A stretch of DNA of 32,000 nucleotides, taken from assembly GCA_942493105.1 (NCBI GenBank), contig OW818668.1:870001-902000 (forward strand). The letters are read 5' to 3'. Within the stretch, counting starts at the first letter, position 1. The number at the start of each line of letters is the position of its first letter. The translations under genes were made by a program, and so were the position numbers. Shown in pieces: positions 1 through 7,529 of this stretch. The notes beneath the pieces were generated by a model that was given only the letters and a program-made list of their open reading frames with translations, searched no databases and had not been told where the DNA came from. This DNA is from an uncultured Erysipelotrichaceae bacterium. GTDB lineage: Bacteria > Bacillota_I > Bacilli_A > Erysipelotrichales > Erysipelotrichaceae.

Positions 1-1
1 T

Positions 2-631
2 CGAACCTTAAGAGAACTAAATACAGGATGGATCCAATTTATCCCTATTCTTATTAAAAATAGCGATGGAACTCTGGCTAGCGATTCGGTAGATGCCAAA
101 GCTTATGGAGAATTTCTTAAAGTGATTTTCGAAGAATGGATCCATCATGATTTAGGTGTGGTAGATGTTCAGATCTTTGCGGAAACAGCCATAATGTGGG
201 CTGGTGGATCTGCCAGTGTATGTTGGCTCGCACCGACTTGTGGCCGTGTTATGGTAGTTGAACGTAATGGGAACGTCTATTCTTGCGATCATTATGTATC
301 ATCACAATATTACCTTGGAAATATTGAAAATTCATCTTTAGCTGACTTGGTTGATTCTCCATTTCAGAAACAATTCGGTCAAAATAAACGAGAACACATT
401 GCACAAAAATGTTTATCATGTCCATATCTTAAAGTCTGTAATGGAGGATGTCCTAAAGATAGGATCGATCACGGAGATCTAAAAGGTTTAAATATTTTAT
501 GTGAAGGACTATATGCCTTTCATGAGCATGCTGAAAAACCTTTGAAAGAACTGATGAGACTTAGAATGCAAGGTTTATCCCCGCAAGAAATTATGAAACA
601 ACTAAGACTCAAGTTTCCTAAAAGCACTTAA
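2..631 (+). CDS. Anaerobic sulfatase-maturating enzyme (radical SAM/SPASM family), C-terminal part; the 5' end lies upstream of the window
   Basis: The frame is open from nt 2 (RTLRELNTGWIQF...), so the M at 122 in the ORF track is internal. SPASM-like Cys motifs are present: CWLAPTC, SCDHY, CLSCPYLKVCNGGCPKDR. The sequence aligns by eye with the C-terminus of the full-length paralog at 652-1737. Confidence 0.75.
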   Translation, partial: RTLRELNTGWIQFIPILIKNSDGTLASDSVDAKAYGEFLKVIFEEWIHHDLGVVDVQIFAETAIMWAGGSASVCWLAPTCGRVMVVERNGNVYSCDHYVSSQYYLGNIENSSLADLVDSPFQKQFGQNKREHIAQKCLSCPYLKVCNGGCPKDRIDHGDLKGLNILCEGLYAFHEHAEKPLKELMRLRMQGLSPQEIMKQLRLKFPKST

Positions 632-653
632 AAAGTCATCCTAGATGACTTTT
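631..653. terminator. Bidirectional stem-loop between the convergent anSME genes
   Basis: AAAAGTCATC-cta-GATGACTTTT is a perfect 10-bp inverted repeat. It overlaps both stop codons and has A/T runs on both sides. Confidence 0.6.
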
Positions 654-1737
654 ATTTTCTGTATAGTGTCTTTATTTTGGGCAATGCATAATTCAAGAAA
701 TCTTGATAGCCACACATCTTCTCATCAAAATAGGTCACATTGAGTCTTTTACAATTCCCATTACAGATCGATTTAAATTGACATGAGTTACACAAAGGAC
801 TCATTCTTTTGGGTTCATTTATAAATTTTACAGATATTTCTCGATGTCGTAATTCCATAATAGAATCTGTATTGATGTTGCCAACTTTATATTGATCTAG
901 TACAAAGAAATCGCATGGATAAACAGAACCATCAGCTTCAATGACAAACTGTGGTGTACAAAAACCCAGCATTCCACATTGTTGGGGATATTCCCCAACA
1001 AACATAGGGATCACATTATCAAACAAGGTAACACTAAGATAATCCCCTTTTATATAATCTGTATACCATAAGTCAAAGAATGACTTATAGAATGAAGCAA
1101 AAAGCTCTGGAGTTAGGGCATATTTACTGTCTTTTTGATCCAAGTCCGGTAGACAAGGTATCAACTGCACATAGTCAAATTTTTGCTTCTTATAGAAAGC
1201 ATAGAGTTCTTTAGGATGCTTGGCTAGGATGCTGGTCAATACAGTTAAGATATTAAAATCAACTTTATGGCTTCTTAACAAATCGACAGTCTTCATGACG
1301 GAATCATAGGTTCCCAATTGATTCGCATTCTTTCTAAGAAAATCATGATTGGCTTGATAACCATCTAGGGATAACCCAACTAAAAATTGGTGTTGGGATA
1401 AAAATTGAGCCCATGTTTCATCAAGTTGTGAGCCGTTGGTTTGAAGGGCATAATGTATCACTTGGGTTGGTTGTTTAAACTGATCGACAGATTCAACAAA
1501 TGCTTTGAAATAATCCAAACCAGCTAAAGTAGGTTCTCCACCTTGAAAGGCAAAAGTAACATCTTCAACTTGTGGATTTTCTGTTGCCTTTTTGATTAGA
1601 TTTCGCATCGTATCAAAAGTCATAATGCCTGTTGATTTAACTTCTCTATGGTTGCTGACATCTGCATAAAAACAATACACGCAGCGGTAGTTACATAAAG
1701 ATGAAGCTGGTTTGATCAACATACTAAGACTGGCCAT
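652..1737 (-). CDS. Anaerobic sulfatase-maturating enzyme (radical SAM + SPASM), full length
   Basis: The CNYRCVYC (C-x3-C-x2-C) radical SAM motif is at aa 15-22. A GGEPTL SAM-binding motif is present. The C-terminus carries SPASM cysteines (CGMLGFC, PCDFF, CNSCQFKSICNGNCKR). RBS GGAGGT precedes the ATG. Confidence 0.85.
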   Translation of the reverse strand: MASLSMLIKPASSLCNYRCVYCFYADVSNHREVKSTGIMTFDTMRNLIKKATENPQVEDVTFAFQGGEPTLAGLDYFKAFVESVDQFKQPTQVIHYALQTNGSQLDETWAQFLSQHQFLVGLSLDGYQANHDFLRKNANQLGTYDSVMKTVDLLRSHKVDFNILTVLTSILAKHPKELYAFYKKQKFDYVQLIPCLPDLDQKDSKYALTPELFASFYKSFFDLWYTDYIKGDYLSVTLFDNVIPMFVGEYPQQCGMLGFCTPQFVIEADGSVYPCDFFVLDQYKVGNINTDSIMELRHREISVKFINEPKRMSPLCNSCQFKSICNGNCKRLNVTYFDEKMCGYQDFLNYALPKIKTLYRK

Positions 1738-1795
1738 TTGACCTCCGTCACATTGTGATGATGAAGTTATTATATTCTATTTGAATGGTTATGAA

Positions 1796-1817
1796 AAGAC
1801 AGCTTATTAGCTGTCTT
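1796..1817 (-). terminator. Rho-independent terminator after the GntR gene
   Basis: AAGACAGCT-tatt-AGCTGTCTT is a 9-bp stem. On the minus strand it is followed by TTTTC, immediately after the stop codon at 1817-1819. Confidence 0.6.
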
Positions 1818-2545
1818 CAGATACGTTGAATGGAAGTCCTATAGGAAGACTGGGTCACACTAAATCGATCAGATCGATAATAAGTCGAAGTAAATTCAAA
1901 GGCAGTGCCGTTTTTTAAATATGAAACCATGGTGATTTTAAGTAAAGGCAATCCGACTTCTACTTGAAGCAACTGAGCTAATCTTTCGTTCGCAACCACC
2001 GCTTCAATTTCTTGATTGGCATATGTAATGACACAACCCAAGTCTCTTTCAAGATGATGATAGATGGATCCTTTTAAGATTTCTTCATTACAATCTGTAA
2101 AGACAGAAGCCAAGTAAACCGAACTTTCATATGCAAAAGGTTTATCATCGACATTTCTGACTCGTTTTACGATCCAAACCTGTCGATTCGTTGTGACACC
2201 TAAGCGATGAGCTGCCGCAACATTTGCATTTTCTTTTTTACATTCAACTACTGTATTGGTGACGGATAGACCCCTGCGTTCAGCCTCTTCGGTAAAACAA
2301 AGGAAACTCTGAAGATCTTTAAAATGAGGACGATTGGATACAAAAGTTCCTTTGCCTCTGAATCGTTCAAGGATCCCAAGAACGACCAACTCATCAATGA
2401 CCTTTCTTGAGGTCATCCGCGAAACATTGAATTTCTTGGCCAAATCATTTTCAGATTCGATGAGGTCGCCTGGTAGAATTTCTTTTCTTGTAACTCTTCC
2501 AACAATGTATTCTTTGATTTCTTCATGTTTGAATTTTAATTCCAT
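1817..2545 (-). CDS. GntR family transcriptional regulator, HutC/NagR-like (N-terminal wHTH + C-terminal UTRA-type effector domain)
   Basis: The N-terminus (LPGDLIESENDLAKKFNVSRMTSRKVIDELVVLGILERFRGKGTFV) is a typical GntR wHTH. The length of ~240 aa and the C-terminal layout fit the HutC subfamily. The gene is divergent from the sugar operon. RBS AAGGGG is present. Confidence 0.85.
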   Translation of the reverse strand: MELKFKHEEIKEYIVGRVTRKEILPGDLIESENDLAKKFNVSRMTSRKVIDELVVLGILERFRGKGTFVSNRPHFKDLQSFLCFTEEAERRGLSVTNTVVECKKENANVAAAHRLGVTTNRQVWIVKRVRNVDDKPFAYESSVYLASVFTDCNEEILKGSIYHHLERDLGCVITYANQEIEAVVANERLAQLLQVEVGLPLLKITMVSYLKNGTAFEFTSTYYRSDRFSVTQSSYRTSIQRI

Positions 2546-2609
2546 CGGTTTACCCCTTATCTACCCCGTATTGATAGGGTCCTAAGCCTATATTTACATC
2601 TTCACCGAT

Positions 2610-2618
2610 ATTATAACA
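2610..2618 (-). promoter_or_regulatory. Candidate extended -10 promoter element (TGTTATAAT) for the GntR gene
   Basis: The minus strand reads TGTTATAAT about 65 nt upstream of the GntR start. No good -35 was seen. Confidence 0.35.
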
Positions 2619-2650
2619 TAACAAATATCTGTAAAATTCACGAAAAATAC

Positions 2651-2699
2651 TGTTGTATATATAAGTTTAATCTCTTATAATTAAGTTGTATATATAACT
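2651..2699 (+). promoter_or_regulatory. Promoter of the 2728-11173 operon, bracketed by two copies of a 16-bp near-palindromic operator
   Basis: -35 TTGTAT (2653-2658), 17-nt spacer, -10 TATAAT (2676-2681). Operator copy 1 is TGTTGTATATATAAGT (2651-2666) and overlaps the -35. Copy 2 is AGTTGTATATATAACT (2684-2699) and overlaps the predicted start site. The copies are 33 bp apart. The core resembles GntR/HutC-type GT-n-TA-n-AC dyads. Confidence 0.6.
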
Positions 2700-2727
2700 G
2701 GATGAAATATCCTAGGGAGAAAAACAA

Positions 2728-4482
2728 ATGACCTATTTAAACGGTGTATCTAATTTCGAAAAATACCCATCCACCAAGATTCTTGGACATGACTCTGATG
2801 TGTTTGCAGGTTATGATCAAATCGCAGCAACACTCAAAAAATCCATCGATAAGCATGATTTTGTCTTGACTGTTGAAACGTATGTTGGGGTCGACGAAAG
2901 CGTACTAGAAGCCTTGGTTCAGCGTTTAAAACCAAGTACCGTTATCCGCAGCATCGATATTTTCTATCCAAGCGATGTCATGCAGAAAATGATGGCTCGA
3001 TATATTACAGATGATCGTGTTTATGGGATTGCTTATACAGGTGAATGGTCTGATTTCGTTGATCCAGAACGTCTTGAAAAAGCTAAAGCTCAGGTTCAAC
3101 AAGCCAAAGGCTTGACCTTGATTTTTGGGGTAGGTGCTTCCTACATCTCAAAGGGAGATTGTTTGGTGTATGCAGATATGGCCATTTGGGAATTACAGAT
3201 GCGTTATAGAAATGGAACTCCTAACTTCAATGCGACCAATGTCGTTGAAGAACAGATCCGTAAATTCAAGCGTGGTTATTTTATTGATTGGCGCTTATCC
3301 AATCGTCAAAAAGCTTCCCTATTTGAAGAGTTTGATTTCTATCTTGATACCGTGTGGAATGATAAACCCGCTATGCTGACTCGTAATGCTTTTGAGACTG
3401 GTTTAAAAGAAATGTTGCACCAACCTTTTAGAACCATTCCTTTCTTTGATGAAGGTCTGTGGGGTGGTCAATGGATGAAAGAAGTCTGTGATGTGGAAGA
3501 TAAATCACGCATCAATTATGCGTGGAGTTATAACTTATTATTCCAGGAAAATGAAGTCAATCTTCAATTCGGAAATACACGGGTCAATATTCCTGGGTAT
3601 ACTGTTATGCTTCGTTATCCTAAGTTATTGATCGGTGAAAAAGGATTCTCTCGTTTTGGAGCTGAATACCCAATTCGTTATGACTTCTTGGATACCATGG
3701 AAGGTGGTTATCTCTCGCTTCAAGTCCATCCGGATACCCAATATTATCAGCAAAACTTTGGGATGCCTTTTACTCAAGATGAAAGTTACTATTTCTTGGA
3801 TTGCGGTCCAACCGATACCTTTATGCATCTTGGATTAAAGACTGGCGTTAAAAAAGAAGATGTTGAACGCGATCTTAAACGGGCATCACGTGGTGAAATA
3901 GATTTCCCTGCAGATAAATATACCAATAAGATCTATGTTAAAAAACATGATCATCTGCATATTCCTGCAGGTACCATTCACTGTGCTGGACCAAATACGA
4001 TGGTTCTTGAGATTTCATCTGCACCTTGTATCTTTACATTCAAGCTATGGGATTGGGGCAGAGTTGGTATGGATGGTATTCCTCGTCCAACCCACATCGA
4101 TCGTGGTATGAAAGTCATCCAATGGGATAAAGGAACAGAGTGGATCAATGAAACCTGTGCTTTCCCAGCGTATAAAGTAGATGGCGGAGAAGGTTGGGTC
4201 GAAGAAAAAACTGGACTTAATGATTTGGAATTTATCGAAACCCATCGTGTTACCACCTCTGTTAAAGTTCACAGGTCAACCAAAAACGAAACCAATGCGT
4301 TGCATCTTGTCGATGGTCGTGAAGCTTTGATTGAATCTCCAACAGGTCAATTTAAACCTTTCATTATCCACTTTGCGGAATCTGTTTGTATTCCTGCAGG
4401 GATCAGTGAGTATACATTCCGTCCTTACGGCGAAAGCGAAAATAAAGAAGTCAGTTTAATCATTGGATATGTTAGGTATTAG
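2728..4482 (+). CDS. Long (584 aa) class I phosphomannose-isomerase-like cupin protein with an unassigned ~240-aa N-terminal region
   Basis: The C-terminal half carries PMI type I hallmarks that parallel the ManA-like ORF at 9421: GLWGGQWM (cf. KIWGG), LSLQVHPD (cf. LSIQVHP), ESYYF, HIPAGTIHCAG (cf. IPSGTIHAIG). RBS GGGAGA is present. Confidence 0.6.
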   Translation: MTYLNGVSNFEKYPSTKILGHDSDVFAGYDQIAATLKKSIDKHDFVLTVETYVGVDESVLEALVQRLKPSTVIRSIDIFYPSDVMQKMMARYITDDRVYGIAYTGEWSDFVDPERLEKAKAQVQQAKGLTLIFGVGASYISKGDCLVYADMAIWELQMRYRNGTPNFNATNVVEEQIRKFKRGYFIDWRLSNRQKASLFEEFDFYLDTVWNDKPAMLTRNAFETGLKEMLHQPFRTIPFFDEGLWGGQWMKEVCDVEDKSRINYAWSYNLLFQENEVNLQFGNTRVNIPGYTVMLRYPKLLIGEKGFSRFGAEYPIRYDFLDTMEGGYLSLQVHPDTQYYQQNFGMPFTQDESYYFLDCGPTDTFMHLGLKTGVKKEDVERDLKRASRGEIDFPADKYTNKIYVKKHDHLHIPAGTIHCAGPNTMVLEISSAPCIFTFKLWDWGRVGMDGIPRPTHIDRGMKVIQWDKGTEWINETCAFPAYKVDGGEGWVEEKTGLNDLEFIETHRVTTSVKVHRSTKNETNALHLVDGREALIESPTGQFKPFIIHFAESVCIPAGISEYTFRPYGESENKEVSLIIGYVRY

Positions 4483-4494
4483 GCAGGTACTAAC

Positions 4495-5250
4495 ATGAAA
4501 TTTATTGTTTGTGAGGACCATTCACACTTAGCTGAAGTTGTCTCTGAACTGATCATCCAACAGGTTACCCGTAAACCGGATTCTGTTCTTTGTATTCCTA
4601 CCGGTGGCACACCGATCCCAGCTTATCAGCGTTTAGTCGAAAAAGCCAAGAACATTGACTTTAGTCGTGTATCATTTTTTAACTTAGATGAATACTTAGG
4701 GTTACCACCCACTCATGAACAAAGTTATCAAAGTTTTCTAAAGACTCATGTTTTAAATCCATTAGGCATCTCCTTAGTTCAACAGCATCTTTTAAGCTCT
4801 GATAGTCCAGATCCTATATTAGAGTGTTTACGCAATGATGACCTGATCGACCAATTCGGTGGTTTCGATATGATGTTGGATGGGATTGGTGAAAATGGCC
4901 ATATCGCATTCAATGAACCCAGTGATCATTTTGAGGCAAGAACCCATATTGCTGAAATAAGTACTTCTACCAGACTTGCTAATGCACGATTTTTCAATTC
5001 GCTTGATGAAGTTCCTACTCAAGCAATTTCTGTTGGTTTCGAAGACATCATAAAAGCTAAACATCTTGTTTTAATGGCTACTGGTCCTAAAAAAGCACTG
5101 GTGATTGAAAGACTGGTTTCTGAATCGACAATAAGCTGCGACTTCCCCATTTCTTTCTTACGTATGCATCCTAATGTTACAATTGTGTTAGATAAAGCAG
5201 CTTGTGGTAGAAGTGTTGATGTATTGATCAACAAAGGACAATCATTATGA
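4495..5250 (+). CDS. nagB: Glucosamine-6-phosphate deaminase/isomerase family protein (NagB-like)
   Basis: Motifs PTGGTP, FNLDEY, DGIGENGHIAFNEP and ANARFF are present. The length and order of conserved blocks match Bacillus-type NagB. Confidence 0.8.
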   Translation: MKFIVCEDHSHLAEVVSELIIQQVTRKPDSVLCIPTGGTPIPAYQRLVEKAKNIDFSRVSFFNLDEYLGLPPTHEQSYQSFLKTHVLNPLGISLVQQHLLSSDSPDPILECLRNDDLIDQFGGFDMMLDGIGENGHIAFNEPSDHFEARTHIAEISTSTRLANARFFNSLDEVPTQAISVGFEDIIKAKHLVLMATGPKKALVIERLVSESTISCDFPISFLRMHPNVTIVLDKAACGRSVDVLINKGQSL

Positions 5251-6071
5251 AAAAAGCCCCGGCCTTTAAAGGATTATTAAATTACATCTTACTTGGTTCA
5301 GTTATTGGCCTATTGATTGCTGTCCTAAAATATTTATTTGCTTGGAATGCCCAATTGACCAATATCATTTTGTTCTCAACTGTATCTTTAATCCTTATAG
5401 GGTTCCTATCAAAATTCTTTTATGACTATTTTAAAATGAAAAGGATGTATACATCCTATGAAAAGTATCTTACCAATTATGAAATGGATAAATACATCAC
5501 AGCAGTTCAAGATGCCTTAAGTAAAACAAAGACAAAAACGTATCAAGACATCCATCGCTTAAGTCTATCTTTAGGTTATGGTTACATTGGAGAGTATCAA
5601 AAAGCAATTGATGAACTGGCACTGACATATGGCAGTTCAAAAACCATGACACCTACCGCAATTCTCAGTATCGTCAACATCATCAATTACTATATTCAGC
5701 TGGATGATTTTAAAGCCGTTAAGAAGATTCAACAACGTGCAGAGAAGATCATCACAGCTTATCAAAACGATCCTAAATATGGCATCTTGATTGAAATCAA
5801 CAACATCCAAGTGGCTCTAAAAGAAAAGAATCTAGAGAAAGCTTATGCTTCTCTTCAACAAGCCGAATTATATCGGGATCTCATAAAAGCATCGAATTAT
5901 GAATTGGATATCGTCAAAGCTAAGTATTTAATCGCCAGTGGTAAAGCAGATGAAGCACGAGAATTATTGGAACCTTTAGAAGCATTGGTTCTACCTCCAG
6001 TGTTTAAAAAATCAGTAAAGCAACTTCTAGATCTTATCCATAAAAAACCTCGTCTTCAGGAGAAAACTTAA
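5247..6071 (+). CDS. Hypothetical membrane protein: two N-terminal TM helices plus a helical, TPR-like soluble region
   Basis: Hydrophobic segments LLNYILLGSVIGLLIAVL and IILFSTVSLILIGFL are followed by an amphipathic helical-repeat-like sequence. The start overlaps the nagB stop (ATGA). The stop abuts the nanE start (TAAATG). No family was recognised. Confidence 0.5.
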   Translation: MKKAPAFKGLLNYILLGSVIGLLIAVLKYLFAWNAQLTNIILFSTVSLILIGFLSKFFYDYFKMKRMYTSYEKYLTNYEMDKYITAVQDALSKTKTKTYQDIHRLSLSLGYGYIGEYQKAIDELALTYGSSKTMTPTAILSIVNIINYYIQLDDFKAVKKIQQRAEKIITAYQNDPKYGILIEINNIQVALKEKNLEKAYASLQQAELYRDLIKASNYELDIVKAKYLIASGKADEARELLEPLEALVLPPVFKKSVKQLLDLIHKKPRLQEKT

Positions 6072-7529
6072 ATGAACGAGGAGAATAAATTTAAAAAAAT
6101 CTTTCAGCCAGGAATCATCGTATCCTGTCAAGCGCATAAAGGAGAACCTTTATATCGCGAAGAAGGAGGTGTCATGAGCTTGATGGCTCTAGCTGCCCAA
6201 CAAGCAGGTGCGGTTGGGATCAGAGCCAATGATATTTTAGATTGTTCTCAAATTTTAGAAACAGTAAGTATCCCAGTCTTAGGCATATTGAAGAAACATT
6301 ATCCCGATTCAGACATCTACATAACCCCAACCATGGAAGAAGTAGATGCGTTAATGAACATCAAAGGCATGAAAGCCATCGCGGTTGCGATGACAGATAC
6401 AATTAGGCCTAATGGATTAACCAATGAAATGTTTATCAAACAGATACGAGAAAAGTATCCTGATGTCGCCATCATGGCTGATATTGCGAATATTGATGAA
6501 GGCATCAAGGCGTGGAAATTAGGGGTAGATTGTGTTGCTACAACACTTTATGGGCATTTGCCTCACGAGACAAATAAACCCAGTATTGATTTGGTAAGAC
6601 AATTGGTTGATGCTGTGGATATTCCGGTCGTATGTGAAGGCGGGATCTATCTAGAGCAGCATATCACTGAAATTATTAAAGCAGGTGCTTATTGTTGTGT
6701 GGTTGGCGGATCGATCACACGACCCAAAGAAATCACCAAACGATATGTAGAAGCCTATAAATCTTGGTTGCTCAAACAACCCATCATTCACCAAATTGAT
6801 AGACAACCAAATCGTTTCAGATCTGTGTTCAAACCAGGGATCATCGTATCTTGCCAAGCTCAAAAAGGTGAACCCATGTATCGTATAGAAGGTGGGATCA
6901 TGAGTTTGATGGCCTTAGCTGCTCAACAAGCCGGAGCCATTGGTATCAGAGCCAATACAGTCATCGATTGCTTGCAGATCAGTGAAACAGTAAGTATTCC
7001 GGTCCTAGGCATCTATAAAAATCATTATCCAGATTCACCTATATACATCACCGCAACCATGAGTGAAGTAGATGCCTTGATGTCGATCAAAGGGATGAAA
7101 GCCATTGCCGTTGAATTGACGGATGCTAAAAGACCTTTTGGTCAGAGTCATGAAGACTTCATCCATCAAATCAGATCTAAATATCCAGATGTTGCCATTA
7201 TGGCAGATATCGCAACCTATGAAGAAGGCATCCATGCTTGGAAGTTGGGAGTTGATTGTGTTGCTACGACGATGTATGGTTATACCACATACGATCCAAA
7301 TACACCAAAACCAAACATTGAGTTGGTTAGGCACCTCGTTAAAGCAATTGATGTTCCTGTGGTCTGTGAAGGCGGTATCTATCTAGAACAGCATGTGGTC
7401 GACATATTTGAAGCAGGAGCGTATTGCTGTGTCATAGGCGGGTCAATCACTCGTCCTAAAGAGATTACAACGAAATTTATAAAAGCGTATGAAAACGCTA
7501 AACATAAAGGGAGAAACAATGAACATTAA
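6072..7529 (+). CDS. nanE: Tandem-fused double N-acetylmannosamine-6-phosphate 2-epimerase (NanE-NanE)
   Basis: Two full NanE-like modules sit in one ORF (aa ~7-232 and ~249-474). Each carries PGIIVSCQA.KGEP.Y, GIRAN, DCVATT.YG and VVCEGGI...GGSITRP blocks. RBS AGGAGA is present. Confidence 0.8.
   Translation: MNEENKFKKIFQPGIIVSCQAHKGEPLYREEGGVMSLMALAAQQAGAVGIRANDILDCSQILETVSIPVLGILKKHYPDSDIYITPTMEEVDALMNIKGMKAIAVAMTDTIRPNGLTNEMFIKQIREKYPDVAIMADIANIDEGIKAWKLGVDCVATTLYGHLPHETNKPSIDLVRQLVDAVDIPVVCEGGIYLEQHITEIIKAGAYCCVVGGSITRPKEITKRYVEAYKSWLLKQPIIHQIDRQPNRFRSVFKPGIIVSCQAQKGEPMYRIEGGIMSLMALAAQQAGAIGIRANTVIDCLQISETVSIPVLGIYKNHYPDSPIYITATMSEVDALMSIKGMKAIAVELTDAKRPFGQSHEDFIHQIRSKYPDVAIMADIATYEEGIHAWKLGVDCVATTMYGYTTYDPNTPKPNIELVRHLVKAIDVPVVCEGGIYLEQHVVDIFEAGAYCCVIGGSITRPKEITTKFIKAYENAKHKGRNNEH
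6090..7493 (+). repeat. Internal tandem duplication (~680 nt unit; copy 1 6090-6767, copy 2 6816-7493) inside the NanE-NanE ORF
   Basis: The two halves align end to end at protein level. By eye, roughly two-thirds to three-quarters of positions are identical, with one 2-aa indel near YGH/YGY. They are also recognisably similar at DNA level (ccaggaatcatcgtatcctgtcaagc vs ccagggatcatcgtatcttgccaagc). Confidence 0.85.

Noticed and set aside
1738-1795. A possible fifth operator copy upstream of the anSME gene. The minus strand reads AATAGAATATAATAACTTCATC.
   Set aside because: Only the right half (TATAATAACT) resembles the AGTTGTATATATAACT motif, and it needs an insertion to align. It is more simply read as a TATAAT -10 element, and is not counted as a site.
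2334-2585. An 83-aa plus-strand ORF overlapping the GntR gene. The track also lists many similar 60-100-aa antisense or off-frame ORFs, e.g. 3134-3379, 3625-3838, 3978-4272, 4828-5234, 6317-6863, 7035-7386, 8551-9083, 11391-11659, 11840-12112, 12764-13163, 14084-14586, 20965-22011, 22312-22611, 23869-24696, 26675-26917 and 30915-31154.
   Set aside because: Each lies entirely inside a longer ORF with clear family motifs on the other strand or frame. They lack convincing RBSs and have low-complexity or odd compositions, so they are most likely chance ORFs in AT-rich DNA.
7489-7518. N-terminal extensions in the ORF track: 7489 (nagA), 10331 (HAD), 19344 (GNAT), 20007 GTG (HMA), 25630 (PNPOx), 30036 TTG (membrane protein), 30731 GTG (HD), 30843 (DUF1028), and M122 for the first ORF.
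   Set aside because: In each case a downstream ATG has a properly spaced Shine-Dalgarno sequence, and the conserved family N-terminus begins there. For ORF 1 the frame is open to the window edge, so the true start is upstream of the window.
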